Of a DNA stretch of 64,000 bases, positions 28,301-40,300 are shown piece after piece (within the stretch, counting starts at the first letter, position 1; each line of letters starts with the position of its first letter). The notes beneath the pieces are model-generated. The model had not been told where the DNA came from, did not search any database, and was given only the letters and a program-made list of their open reading frames with translations. A program made the translations under genes and the position numbers. This stretch comes from Phoronis australis (lineage: Eukaryota > Animalia > Phoronida), in the NCBI GenBank assembly GCA_002633005.1, contig NMRA01000204.1, positions 399,645 to 463,644 of the forward strand. Direction: 5' to 3'.

Positions 28301-31300
28301 AATAGCAAATAACTTTCATGCAATTGGACCCTTGTGTACTATACAAATTCAAATCAAATTTATAAAACAGAAATGCCATCAACTGTAATTTACCTGTTAT
28401 ATGTATCTCTTTCCTTGAGCAGCAAGTCTGTGTAGACATCTGGTAGGCTGATGACCATTTCTCCCAACCAGGGCAGAGGGTTGACCTTGTGAAACTGCTC
28501 GGTGTAGCGTTGTCTCAGCTCCACTTGTATAGCGTACAGGACTTCCTCATTGGCAACAGCACTTGGGTAGTTGAGATCTGACATGTAGAAGCCACTAAGC
28601 TTAAGCACAATTTCGTGACATCAAAATATATTTTTTCAAACGGTTTTTGCTCAAGTGCCTGCCTGCGGATGCATGCAGCAAATATTTGATACACGTGCAC
28701 CTTCATATATAATACATGCATATACCGTAACTAGAACTCACATCGGTCTTCAATGTCCAGGTTTGATCTGGCAAAAATTTATTGTATAGATAATCAATCT
28801 ATATTCATATATGAATATAATTGTAACTCATTTTTATTTAAATTGTACAAACCTAAGGAGTTTGGAGAGTCATCTAAATCCTCTTGAGATATCACCGTTT
28901 GTTCAAGTTGTTCAGCAATAAATGTCACATCGGCCATGTTGAGGGCCTGTAGCAACTTGGGATAGGCATCTTTTGTTCTCTTTGGCAGCATTGCAAGCAG
29001 TTTCCTGGCCTGAAAATGAAATGTGGATTGTAAATGCAGTGCAATACATGTTAAGAATCATCTCAAAACTATCTTGTCACAATAGATTTAAACGAGATAT
29101 ACCAGTCGCTTCTAATTATTTTTTGCTGCCTTTTCAAACAAACAAAACTGCCAGAAACCTCTCCAAGTCCCGAGATCCCTTCACACCATTGAATTGATAG
29201 TTTAAAACGGGCTTCTCCATCACTATAATTAGTGACTGAAGTAATAACAATCTTTGTTTACCTTGCTCTATGTACCTGACAACAGTGTTATCCTCCAATT
29301 CTTTCCATGACACTCTTCTATGATCATTGATGCACTGATTCAAAATGGCCAATGTAGCGCCATCTATAGGCAGAATGAAGACTTATTCTCAGGGCATGTA
29401 AATTGGTAGACAGCGCTACATTTGCTTAACATTCGTTCTAGTCTTTTACTCTGCACCAGAGAGGCACTAGTGTAGCGTTTTACTAAGTTCTCTTCCTTAC
29501 TACTTGGAATGGAATTGGTGTTGCCCAGGGGAGAGAAAATTTCCACTCACTCAAAAAAGAGTTGCCTTAGAAGGCACAGACACCTCTCACCTCAAGTGAG
29601 GGAGGGCCCTGGAATAAGTAAACATTTTCAAAATCAATAATCGGAGCCCACTGTTCAGATTGACTATTTATCACATGCTCTCAAGGAAAAGTTGTTCAGT
29701 GTTTATATGTATATATACATATACACATAGGACAATGCCTTACTTAACTGATTTATTAAAAACTGAACTCTAAGTAAGTGGCTTGTCCTTATCACACAAG
29801 GCAGACACATTGTTACCATAGTTACCCATACATAGACCCTATTCACGCGGCGGCCATTAAGATCCAAAGCGAGGCTCACTGCGATAAACAAAGCGAAAGT
29901 AGACATTGCGTGAGTTAAATAGCCGGTCTTTCGAGTCCAACCTGGATATTAAATTTTAATGATGTGTCGACAATTAACCACAGAGACGTAGAAAATTACA
30001 TTAGAGAACAAGTTAAGACGACAAAGAGTTGTCTGACGAAAGGGTTTAATTTTTTTCGGAAAACTAGGTTCGAAACATGAAAAGTAAATATGACCAAATT
30101 GCGGCGATCGTAGTGTTACGGATTAGGTATTATGCTGAATGCAGTGTTACGTTTTTTCTTGTAAATTGTTGATCAAAATACTTTCTACGCGGACCAGGTC
30201 ATTTGCTCGTATTGTTGACGAGTTGAAGACATATTCGACAGTGGTGTCTGTCATGTGCAATTAGTCACATCTGGTTTAATTTGTTGATCAAGAATATTAA
30301 CATCAAGCATAGCCTGATCCTATGCACTCACTGGGACTAACAGTTGATTTGTCATTGGTCTGAAAGAATAATTGATGTTATTAAATATATTTTCATTAAA
30401 ATAAAAAACCAGGCTCGTAACTGAAAATAAAAATTATTTGACCATCAATGCTTTCTTGGTTGTAATAATTCTTACGTCTATTTCATGTGTTAGATTTCAA
30501 ATATCAATCTGAACCAAGTTGAATTTTAAAATTAAAACACCTAATTCGTTCGTCCAAAACATAACGTCGTTTTAGAACTCAATTTCAGTTAACTGGACAA
30601 TGCAATCATAGTTATCATGTTTCTGCAGAAGCCTCTTTCATCCGAGGGGAACGCTTCTAGTGCCTACTAAAAGGCGATTTTTCGCCGAGTGAGGGCGGGA
30701 ACAATCTACCTCCCGATCACCATCAATAGGACCCTCGCCCTGTTGCAAGCTCTCATAGGTTCTGCTTCAATTTAAAGTAGCCTTTTGTGCTCTTAAAAAT
30801 TGTCACCTGTGTGGTTACAGGTGATGTGAACTCAGAGAGATTTTTCACTAGGGGAATTTTTATGCCTCGTGGGGGGAATTTCGCGTGATATTTCAATATG
30901 TTTGAGAGTGGAATAGGGCCGATATTGGGCACCAAATTTGAGGGATTGAGGGCCCAGTCCTTTTTGGAAAGAAAAATTATGTTTCAACCCGTAGCAGGGG
31001 CAGATCCAGGTTTTTCAGTGAGGGGGGGCAGGGCACAGGAATAAGCAGCATTTCGGCAGATGCGCGCGCCCAGCCTAAACTCTGGGGATGCAGGGGTCTT
31101 GAATTCTTGGGTTTGCGGACCAGTTGACTAAAAAAAAAACGGTAAACGGCAACGACCCAACGCTTCTGAATCTCAACGTCTTTAGAGATTGTGAAGCAGA
31201 CAGTTGCGTGTCCGTATTTTTTCTAGCCGTTCGCGGAACAACACGGTCTGAAACACAGAACTATGCCGATAAGCTAACAGAGCTATCGTAGCGAGCCTCG

Positions 31301-34300
31301 TTTTGGAATGCGCCTCCTGTCGGCGTGAATAGGGTCTATGGCAATTGTCATGGCATCAGAACCAATGTCCCGCTTTTTGACACATGCATCGAAATTTACA
31401 TACCGATGCTGTGGTGTTGATGCATATTTTTTGTATATTTTCATGTTTTTCCACACAATACAACTCTATTTCCTGACATGTCTGAGAAATAAATAATGCG
31501 TCCACATATAAATATGTGGGCGCATAAAAAGCATTGGGCATGATGTTTCTGGGTGTTTCGGCAGAATTTGCCCGTTTTCTGTTCGTAAACATAAGTTACC
31601 GTAACCAAATTTAAGCTAACTACCTGGTCCTGAGAGGTGACCTCAGCCCCAACTCTCTCCAAGTCATCCTCACTCAAGACACCTTCCTGGTGGAGATAGT
31701 CCATCACTGAATCTACTGCCAAGTTCTTGACCAGGAAGGAGTAATTCTTCCGTAGCTTTACCACATCCTGCTTGTCCATCTCGAGTAGAGAAGTTTGACT
31801 TAAGTAGGTTGTGTATTATGCCTAGAACAGAGTGATTTGACAGATCGTACAGGATGTACATAGTCCTTGCTTGAAATCGAACCCAAAATTATTTTGGCAT
31901 TTTCTGTTCTACTTTTGTGCAAACTCAAGATAAGTGTTTATTGTTCTGTGCTAGAGTTTGTTATGCTTTATGAGGGTGAATATCTAATTATAGTTTACAC
32001 TTGACCACAGCATTGAAGTATAAATTCAAATATAAATTCAAAATCTCAAATATTTACCAAAGTGTATACCGCAGCTTGAATCAGGGGTCGTCAAATGCAA
32101 ACTTGGACTAAAATTCATCTGCATATTTATTAAATTATAATGTACTTGAGCACAGAATACCATACACTTATCTTGTGTTTAAGAAAAATGGAAAATGTTA
32201 AAAATTCCAATTTCAAGTACAAATATCTACAATGAATCAGTCAGCAGCAGAGAACACAAATGTGACTCACTCATAATAGATCTTGGTCAAAATGGTCGAC
32301 AGGGTGATAATGCTATTGAACGTGACTCAACTTTTGTTTGCAAATATGATACCAGCAGTACTCTGACATGGTAGGGATGGGGACACCTATGGATATGATT
32401 AGGAACTAGTTGGTACTGCTGGTAAAACACCAGCACAGAAGACCAAAAACTTTTTGCAGTCAGTTTCAGTGGTGGGCCTGGGGAGTTAATGTTTTATACG
32501 ATACTAGCATGGATGCATACACTCATTGTCTTAGAAGGTGGCTGTAAGAGATCAGGAAATGTATCAAGATCTGGAGGTTCTCGCACAGGAAGGGAGATCA
32601 AATAGTGCAGATTAAATAAGTGAAGAAACATGATAAATGGAAGTCAGAAATTAGTTTAATAGAGCAATCAATCATTTTTGATATCTTGGACAGATATTTC
32701 GCGTTTACTTGTAGTTTCCAAATGAACATCAAAAAGCCATGAGTATATATCTGAGCAAAAGGTCAGCGTCTTTGTTCTGCATTCACTTCCATTGAAAGAA
32801 TAGGAATGATTGACATAGACTGTGATCAATAGCAAGAACATTGTGTTTGCGTTCCATGGATAGTAAATTCTCTTTGGAAAATTTGGACACAAGAAACATT
32901 TGGGCAGTGCGGCATCCAATTGGATGTATTTCTAGTGTTTTTCCATTTGGAAAAGCACTCAAAATACATACAAGAAGACATCTTATACGGTGAAATGTAT
33001 TTAGAGAGGAAATATATCAGTCGTGAGGAGAGGATTGGCAATGAGGAATGTGGTGGTGAGAGGGCTTGGTGATCTTATTTAAAATGATCACATGTTCATG
33101 CAGTGCAGAAAAGAATAATGCAGAAATATATTTGAAGTACAGATTATCCTTGTTTGATAACAATGGATTAATGATACAAATAGAAAACATTCAAATAGTA
33201 GACTTCAGACCTATGCAAACTGAGTGAGTCACACTCAGAGGGATAATACTTTTTGTAATAGCCCGCTTAATAATTTTCAGGACTTGTGGAGAGTTCAACT
33301 GAATAAACTGAAACTACTTCTGTTCATAGAAATCCGAAACACCTATAGTTCATAGTCACACTTCACCATTCACTGTCAGTCACCAGGTGGCACGACTGTC
33401 TTGTCCAAGAGTCAGCTCACCAAAATCTGCCCAAGTTATTGTTGTGGAAATCGACGACATTTCGTAAGTTCGCTCAAAAATCATAGTCCGCCAAAGAAAC
33501 AAGTTATCAGAAAGGGAAGAAGAAATGAAGCCCAGTCACCAAAAGCAGAAATGGTTGTTTGAAAGTTGCCTTTGGTACCCAATCATACATATATATATAT
33601 ATAGCCAGATAACTAGCAGCTAGTGAATGACTGAGTGTCAAAACCGTGGCACAGCTTGTATTAAACAATTTAAGGCAAAGCTTGGTTAAATTTCAATTTG
33701 CCATAATTTTATTTGCGGTGAAACTCACAATTTATTTTGCTTACATTTTACCCCCAATCGTTCCACAGATATAAAATTTATACAAATTTACACCAAAGCT
33801 AAATAATGCTGTTTTTTCATGTGAAAACACATGCTTGGCATGTGGAGATAATCCGACGATATCTAAGTAATATGCAACTCATGGCTAAGTTACAAGGATA
33901 CCAGTAATGCACTCAGTATTGCCGTTTGAACTGGGCCTGTGAAGCAGTGGTAAGAGACAGTGTATACCATAGATCCTCCACACGCTGGGAGATTTTTTGG
34001 TAATCGCGCTTGACACTGGCTTAACCACCTCACTCACACTGGCGTTGTTGTACCAATTTTCAGCACAGGTAACCTTTGAAAGCCATCTAAATCCTTCCAA
34101 CCCAGACAAATACTTCAGGGTTTAACGTAATTTCCATAAAATCTTCCAGCGTACAGGATTCATCAGGATGTGCCACTGACACTGATCGATCTGTGATCCA
34201 CAAGTGACTAGTCCTAGCCAGCCAGTCTAAATAGTTTACAGACCGGTTACGTAACTAGCTATGTTCAAAATACAATGCACGAGTCCTAGCTTTAGCTGTG

Positions 34301-37300
34301 TTGGGAGTACATTATTCGGCATTATTTGCATGAACTCTTAGAAGTGGTCTTTACAATGATTTAAGGCTACATACGTAATCCTTGCGGTACTGTCAGTGTC
34401 AGTGTAGTTGACGTANNNNNNNNNNNNNNNNNNNNNNNNNNNNNNNNNNNNNNNNNNNNNNNNNNNNNNNNNNNNNNNNNNNNNNNNNNNNNNNNNNNNN
34501 NNNNNNNNNNNNNNNNNNNNNNNNNNNNNNNNNNNNNNNNNNNNNNNNNNNNNNNNNNNNNNNNNNNNNNNNNNNNNNNNNNNNNNNNNNNNNNNNNNNN
34601 NNNNNNNNNNNNNNNNNNNNNNNNNNNNNNNNNNNNNNNNNNNNNNNNNNNNNNNNNNNNNNNNNNNNNNNNNNNNNNNNNNNNNNNNNNNNNNNNNNNN
34701 NNNNNNNNNNNNNNNNNNNNNNNNNNNNNNNNNNNNNNNNNNNNNNNNNNNNNNNNNNNNNNNNNNNNNNNNNNNNNNNNNNNNNNNNNNNNNNNNNNNN
34801 NNNNNNNNNNNNNNNNNNNNNNNNNNNNNNNNNNNNNNNNNNNNNNNNNNNNNNNNNNNNNNNNNNNNNNNNNNNNNNNNNNNNNNNNNNNNNNNNNNNN
34901 NNNNNNNNNNNNNNNNNNNNNNNNNNNNNNNNNNNNNNNNNNNNNNNNNNNNNNNNNNNNNNNNNNNNNNNNNNNNNNNNNNNNNNNNNNNNNNNNNNNN
35001 NNNNNNNNNNNNNNNNNNNNNNNNNNNNNNNNNNNNNNNNNNNNNNNNNNNNNNNNNNNNNNNNNNNNNNNNNNNNNNNNNNNNNNNNNNNNNNNNNNNN
35101 NNNNNNNNNNNNNNNNNNNNNNNNNNNNNNNNNNNNNNNNNNNNNNNNNNNNNNNNNNNNNNNNNNNNNNNNNNNNNNNNNNNNNNNNNNNNNNNNNNNN
35201 NNNNNNNNNNNNNNNNNNNNNNNNNNNNNNNNNNNNNNNNNNNNNNNNNNNNNNNNNNNNNNNNNNNNNNNNNNNNNNNNNNNNNNNNNNNNNNNNNNNN
35301 NNNNNNNNNNNNNNNNNNTACACAAAAAATCAAGAAATCAGCATAATATGTTGTTATGAATTTCTGATAATGGGACAAATTTCCACTTCTCTTTAAAGAG
35401 GCAAGTGAATGCTCGTCAACAATTGCTGACGTCTAGTAGAGCATTTCACATTAACATGTGAGGACATTTTCAGAAGAAATCACAAAATTCACGATTTTGA
35501 ATGATGCACAGAGTTTCTAATGTCCGTCACACTTATGATAAATGCACGCATACGCTTCCAGTCAGTTTCTTCAAGTTGCTTGAGGTCAAGATCACAACTC
35601 CCAAGTACATCATTTAGCGATTCCAATCAGCCAATTTTACAAACTGTTTTTCTCCCACTAATTTCCTAGAATGCAGACTTTTAATGCGTTATCAAGCAAT
35701 CAATTTCGTACCAGAAACTGTTAATCTAAAATCTATCTTATTCAGGTATGCACCAGTCACTCCTACATGCACACACAAATAGGAAATTGCATCATCAAAG
35801 CTGTCCGGATAAAGTATAGGTTAGTTATATTCAAAATGTACTTCATTAGTCTTGTTATTTTTTAATACAAGTATGATCGTTAGACAGTGACAAATTTATG
35901 CAGGTGTGTAGTATAACTCCTAGACACACACACCAAACTGCCATAAAACGTTTACAGTATTTTGTTGGACATTAAATCAACTTGTAAGGATAGAAACATC
36001 TCTGCATTTGAATCCAAGAAGTCTGCTGCAATAAAGTACCTGCTGTGTGCAGATGACATGGCCAATGTTGCGTGGACAGAACGTATGCTGCTGACTCCTC
36101 TTGCTTTGACGACGTTGAGGACAGACTGCATGATGGATGAAGCTACAGCCTATCAAAACAATTCACATGCATAAATACAAATAATAGATATTCACACATA
36201 CCTTAGTGGTCATACAATTTGGTGGTGTAACTCCTTAAAACACATGTACAACAAAAACACATAATCAAAACTACGTGACTCATCATCATTATCACAGTCA
36301 GATGTTCCATTTCAATTACTGCAAAATCGCGGGTTAACACCCATGCCCGTGTAATCGCCCATCCCGATCTTTGGTCAATTTCAGTTTAAGCGCTCACCGC
36401 TTGGGTAATCGCCCATCCCTTACTTTGTGCTAATTTCCACGTAAGCATCCATCTCTCGGGTAATCGCCCATCCCCAACATACCGCTTACAGAACTTACAC
36501 TCAAACCCATGCGGATACGGAATGACATTCAAGCTAAGTGGTATGACATTTTGCAGCATGCTTTGGTTGTTAGATCCTGCTGTTTGACCAAACATACAAG
36601 TCCCGTTCTGCTAAAACTTGGACATATGCGGTCCCTGCTTGGGTAATTGCCCACCCACAACTTTTTGCCAATTTTTCTGTTTAAGTGCCCACTGCTTGGG
36701 TAATGGCCCACCCCTTTTGTCTAAGGGTTTCCCAATTTAAGCGCACAGGGTGTTAACCCGTGGGTTTACGGTACCTTCTTGTGGGAATAGCCAGCCTGTC
36801 AGTGACATTCGAACCAAGTAGTTATAGCGGATATGCTCATTTCCAATCCACCACTTGATTTTGGGAAAATTGACTAGGCCGTCTGACCCCTCCTCCCCTC
36901 AGCATTTGAATCCTTTTTTGACACTTTTCATCAGAGATGTCACGGCTATTCTTGGATTGATTGCCGCTTCAAGATCCTTCTCCATATGCTTATGATGAAT
37001 AGTATCCATGGTGCGAAGCCAGAGAACAGATGAAACGCAGTAAAACTGAAAAATAAATTGAACGATTGAAAACCTGAACAACAACATTGGCCTTCAAAAC
37101 TGCTCAGTGCGCTCAATTCAAAGAAAAAAGGAAACACTAACAGTGACAATAGAAGTCGAGATTAATAGTACCTGACTATTTGCAAAGTATGCCAGAAATT
37201 CGCACACAAAATGAGAATATACAGAGCCCTTACACAAATGGCCTAACCACAAGCACAACTATGAGCAAAACGGTCGTATTCCAATATGCAACATTTCTAG

Positions 37301-40300
37301 GTTCACGCTAGAGTTTTAAAGGTATTAAACNNNNNNNNNNNNNNNNNNNNNNNNNNNNNNNNNNNNNNNNNNNNNNNNNNNNNNNNNNNNNNNNNNNNNN
37401 NNNNNNNNNNNNNNNNNNNNNNNNNNNNNNNNNNNNNNNNNNNNNTTGCGCTGACTCTTCGTCAAAGTCAACGGATGGGATCCATCCTCCAAAAACTTCT
37501 TCACGTCACTCTCACTGTGCTTGAGATCATGCATCTTTGCAAAAAAACGTCTGGAATATTCGTGTTCGTAGCAGATAACGACTCAACTGTCTCACAGTAG
37601 CGTACAGAAGTGCCCTGGGAAGAAATTTCACGCTCTCAAGACCGGATGCCAACCTGGCCAATCTGCGCATGCGCAAAGTCGGATTGGGAAGAAATTTCAC
37701 GGGGAAGAAATTTCACGCGACACCGGTCGAGTTTGCTCTGACCTGTTTGGGTGTCAACGTACGATAGTATGCGCCATCTGGCGGTGATGTGTGCTGCGGT
37801 ACGAATAATTCTGGTATGTTACAAAATTCGAGAAAGAAACATTTGGTGACAGCGAGAGCAATCTCCTGCAAGTTAATTTTATTATTGAAAAGAAAATTAG
37901 TTCATCCCTCGTGAGTCTATTTGATAGCAATCACGGTCGATGATCCAAATGTTTACAAAGAACTACAAACACTCTATTGTGGTTGTGATTTTGTCATGCT
38001 GTGTGGAGACAGGAACCTTGTTGAAGATTTTGCGCCAACATATTTATATGTGGACGCATTATGCCGTCATCTCCGTCCGGCGTCCGTCCGGCGTCCGCTG
38101 CTCTATCTCAAAAACCCTTTGACGTACGTTCATGAAATTTTACACATATGTTTATATCATGGACGGGACGGCATGAGCAAACTTTCGGAAGGGTTCGACT
38201 ACTGGTGTGACCCCTAGTGGCAATTTTAGTTTTTTACGCTTACCTCTATCTCAAAGGTCCTCAACGTATTTTCATAAAATTTGGAATATAGGCACTTATT
38301 AGTAAGATGACGCTATCTTTCCGTTTTCGGATGGATTCGACGTAGTTTGCGCCACCTAGTGGCCATTTTTGCTGTTTTCGAGTCTGTTTTTTGGCGTCCA
38401 CACCCTCTATCAACCAAACCGCTGTAAGGATGATTGTAGAAATTGGCAGGTGTGTTTTTATTATGAAGAGGACGGCTGACGATGATTTACCGACGATTTC
38501 GACTACTGTGGCGCCTCCTAGAGACAGTTTTGTCTCTTTTTGCGCCCATGGTTGTATCTCCTAATTTGTTGGCAGGATCTTTACTAAATTCTGCAAGTGT
38601 ATTTATATGATGTTAACACTGGATGACGACGACTTTCGGACGGATCTGACTACCGGTGTGCCCCCTAGTGGCAATTTATTTTTTTTACGTTTACCTCTGT
38701 ATCTTCAAAGGTCCTCAAGGTATTTTCATAAAATTTGGAATATAGGCACTTATTAGTGAGATGACGTTATCCTCCCGTCTTCGAATCGATTGGACGTAGT
38801 TTGCGCCACCTAGTGGCCATTTTGCTGTTTTCGAGTCTGTTTCTTTTTGCGTCGACCCCTTTATCAACCAAACCGCTCTAAGGATGGTTGTGGAAATAAG
38901 CATGTATGGTTTTATTATGAAGAGGACGGCTGACGATGATTTTCCGACAATTTCGACTACTGTGGCGCCTCCTAGTGGCAGTTTTGTCTCTGTTTGCGCC
39001 CATGGCTGTATCTCCTAAACCGTTGGCAGGATCTTTACTAAATTCTGCAAGTGTTGGCAATGGAAGACGACGACTTTCGGACGGATCTGACCACTGGTGT
39101 GCCCCCTATTGGCAATTTATTTTTTACGTTTACCTCTGTATCTTCAAAGGTTCTCAACGCATTTTCATAAAATTTGAAATGTAGGCACCTATTAATGAAA
39201 TGAAGCTTTCCTCCCATTTTCGGATGGATTTGACGTAGTTTGCGCCATCTAGTGGCCATTTTTACTGTTTTTAGTCTGTTTTTGGCGTCCACCTCTCTAT
39301 CAACCAAACTGCACTAAGGCTCATTGTGAAAATTGGCATGTATGTTCTTACTACGAAGCTGGCGATGATTTTCCAGACTTCGACTACTGTGGCGCCTCCT
39401 AGTATCAGTTTTGTTTTGTTTTGCGCCCATAGCTGCATCTCCTAAACTCACTGCAGGTTCTTAAAAAATTAGTAATTGTATTTTTATGAAGATAACAACA
39501 GATGACGATGTCTTTCAGGTGGATCCAATGAAGGCCGTGTCCCATAGTGGCAATTTCATTTTTTTTTGTTTCCTTTGTTTCTCTGAAGTTCCTTGACAGA
39601 TTTTTATGAAATTTGGTAAATAGCTTTCTATTAAAGAAGCGATGGCATGTTCCCGTTTTCAGATGGATTGGACGTTTTTTTTCGCCCTCTGGTGGCTATT
39701 TTTATGAAACAAATAAACAACCCGGCCTAGAAGCACTCCATTTGCGGTGCATCCTTGGGCGCATTTCAACGTTCCGCGTTGCTCTTGTTATGAAAGAATT
39801 AATCATCCAGATGTCAGAAATGAGCTCATCATTCCCACGCTTGTTGATACATTAGGGCGTTCGCCTGGCGTGCGTTCAGTAGACGCTAGGACCTACGCTA
39901 GGACCTACGCTAGGACCTACGCTAGGACCTACGCTAGGACCTAGCTAAAATCTAGTCAAGGTCACGTGTTCTTATTTAAAATACACGGCAATATCTCACG
40001 TAATCTCGCGAGGTCTTGCTTTTTAGCGAGGTCCTAGCGTTGCTGAACGGGAGGCTGTTTGAGCGTGTGATAACATATTTGGCTCCTTTCTTAACTGCCG
40101 AGCACAGTCTTTTGACTATGACAACATATGCTGGCCAAATATCTACCAGGCTTATTACCGACCACGTGTGAACACAGTCAAACCCAGTGCGAATTGACAT
40201 GTTTGGAAAGACTCTGACTAGATTGTCATGACTTCGGTTGTGCATGGGCGGCGCACCATAGGGCGGCCTGGGGGCTATAGCCCCCTTAGTTTTCTAGTGA

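Noticed and set aside
33290-33540. ISRE-like AAACTGAAACT motif upstream of the NLR
   Set aside because: Short imperfect match in AT-rich DNA with the transcription start unknown
33885-34200. Possible coding exon next to the gap
   Set aside because: All minus-strand frames are interrupted by stops and show no recognisable homology
34338-35378. Long ORFs of 308-346 aa
   Set aside because: Artefacts of the N run
39883-39942. CRISPR-like direct repeats
   Set aside because: 12-bp head-to-tail copies with no spacers, no cas genes, and a eukaryotic context
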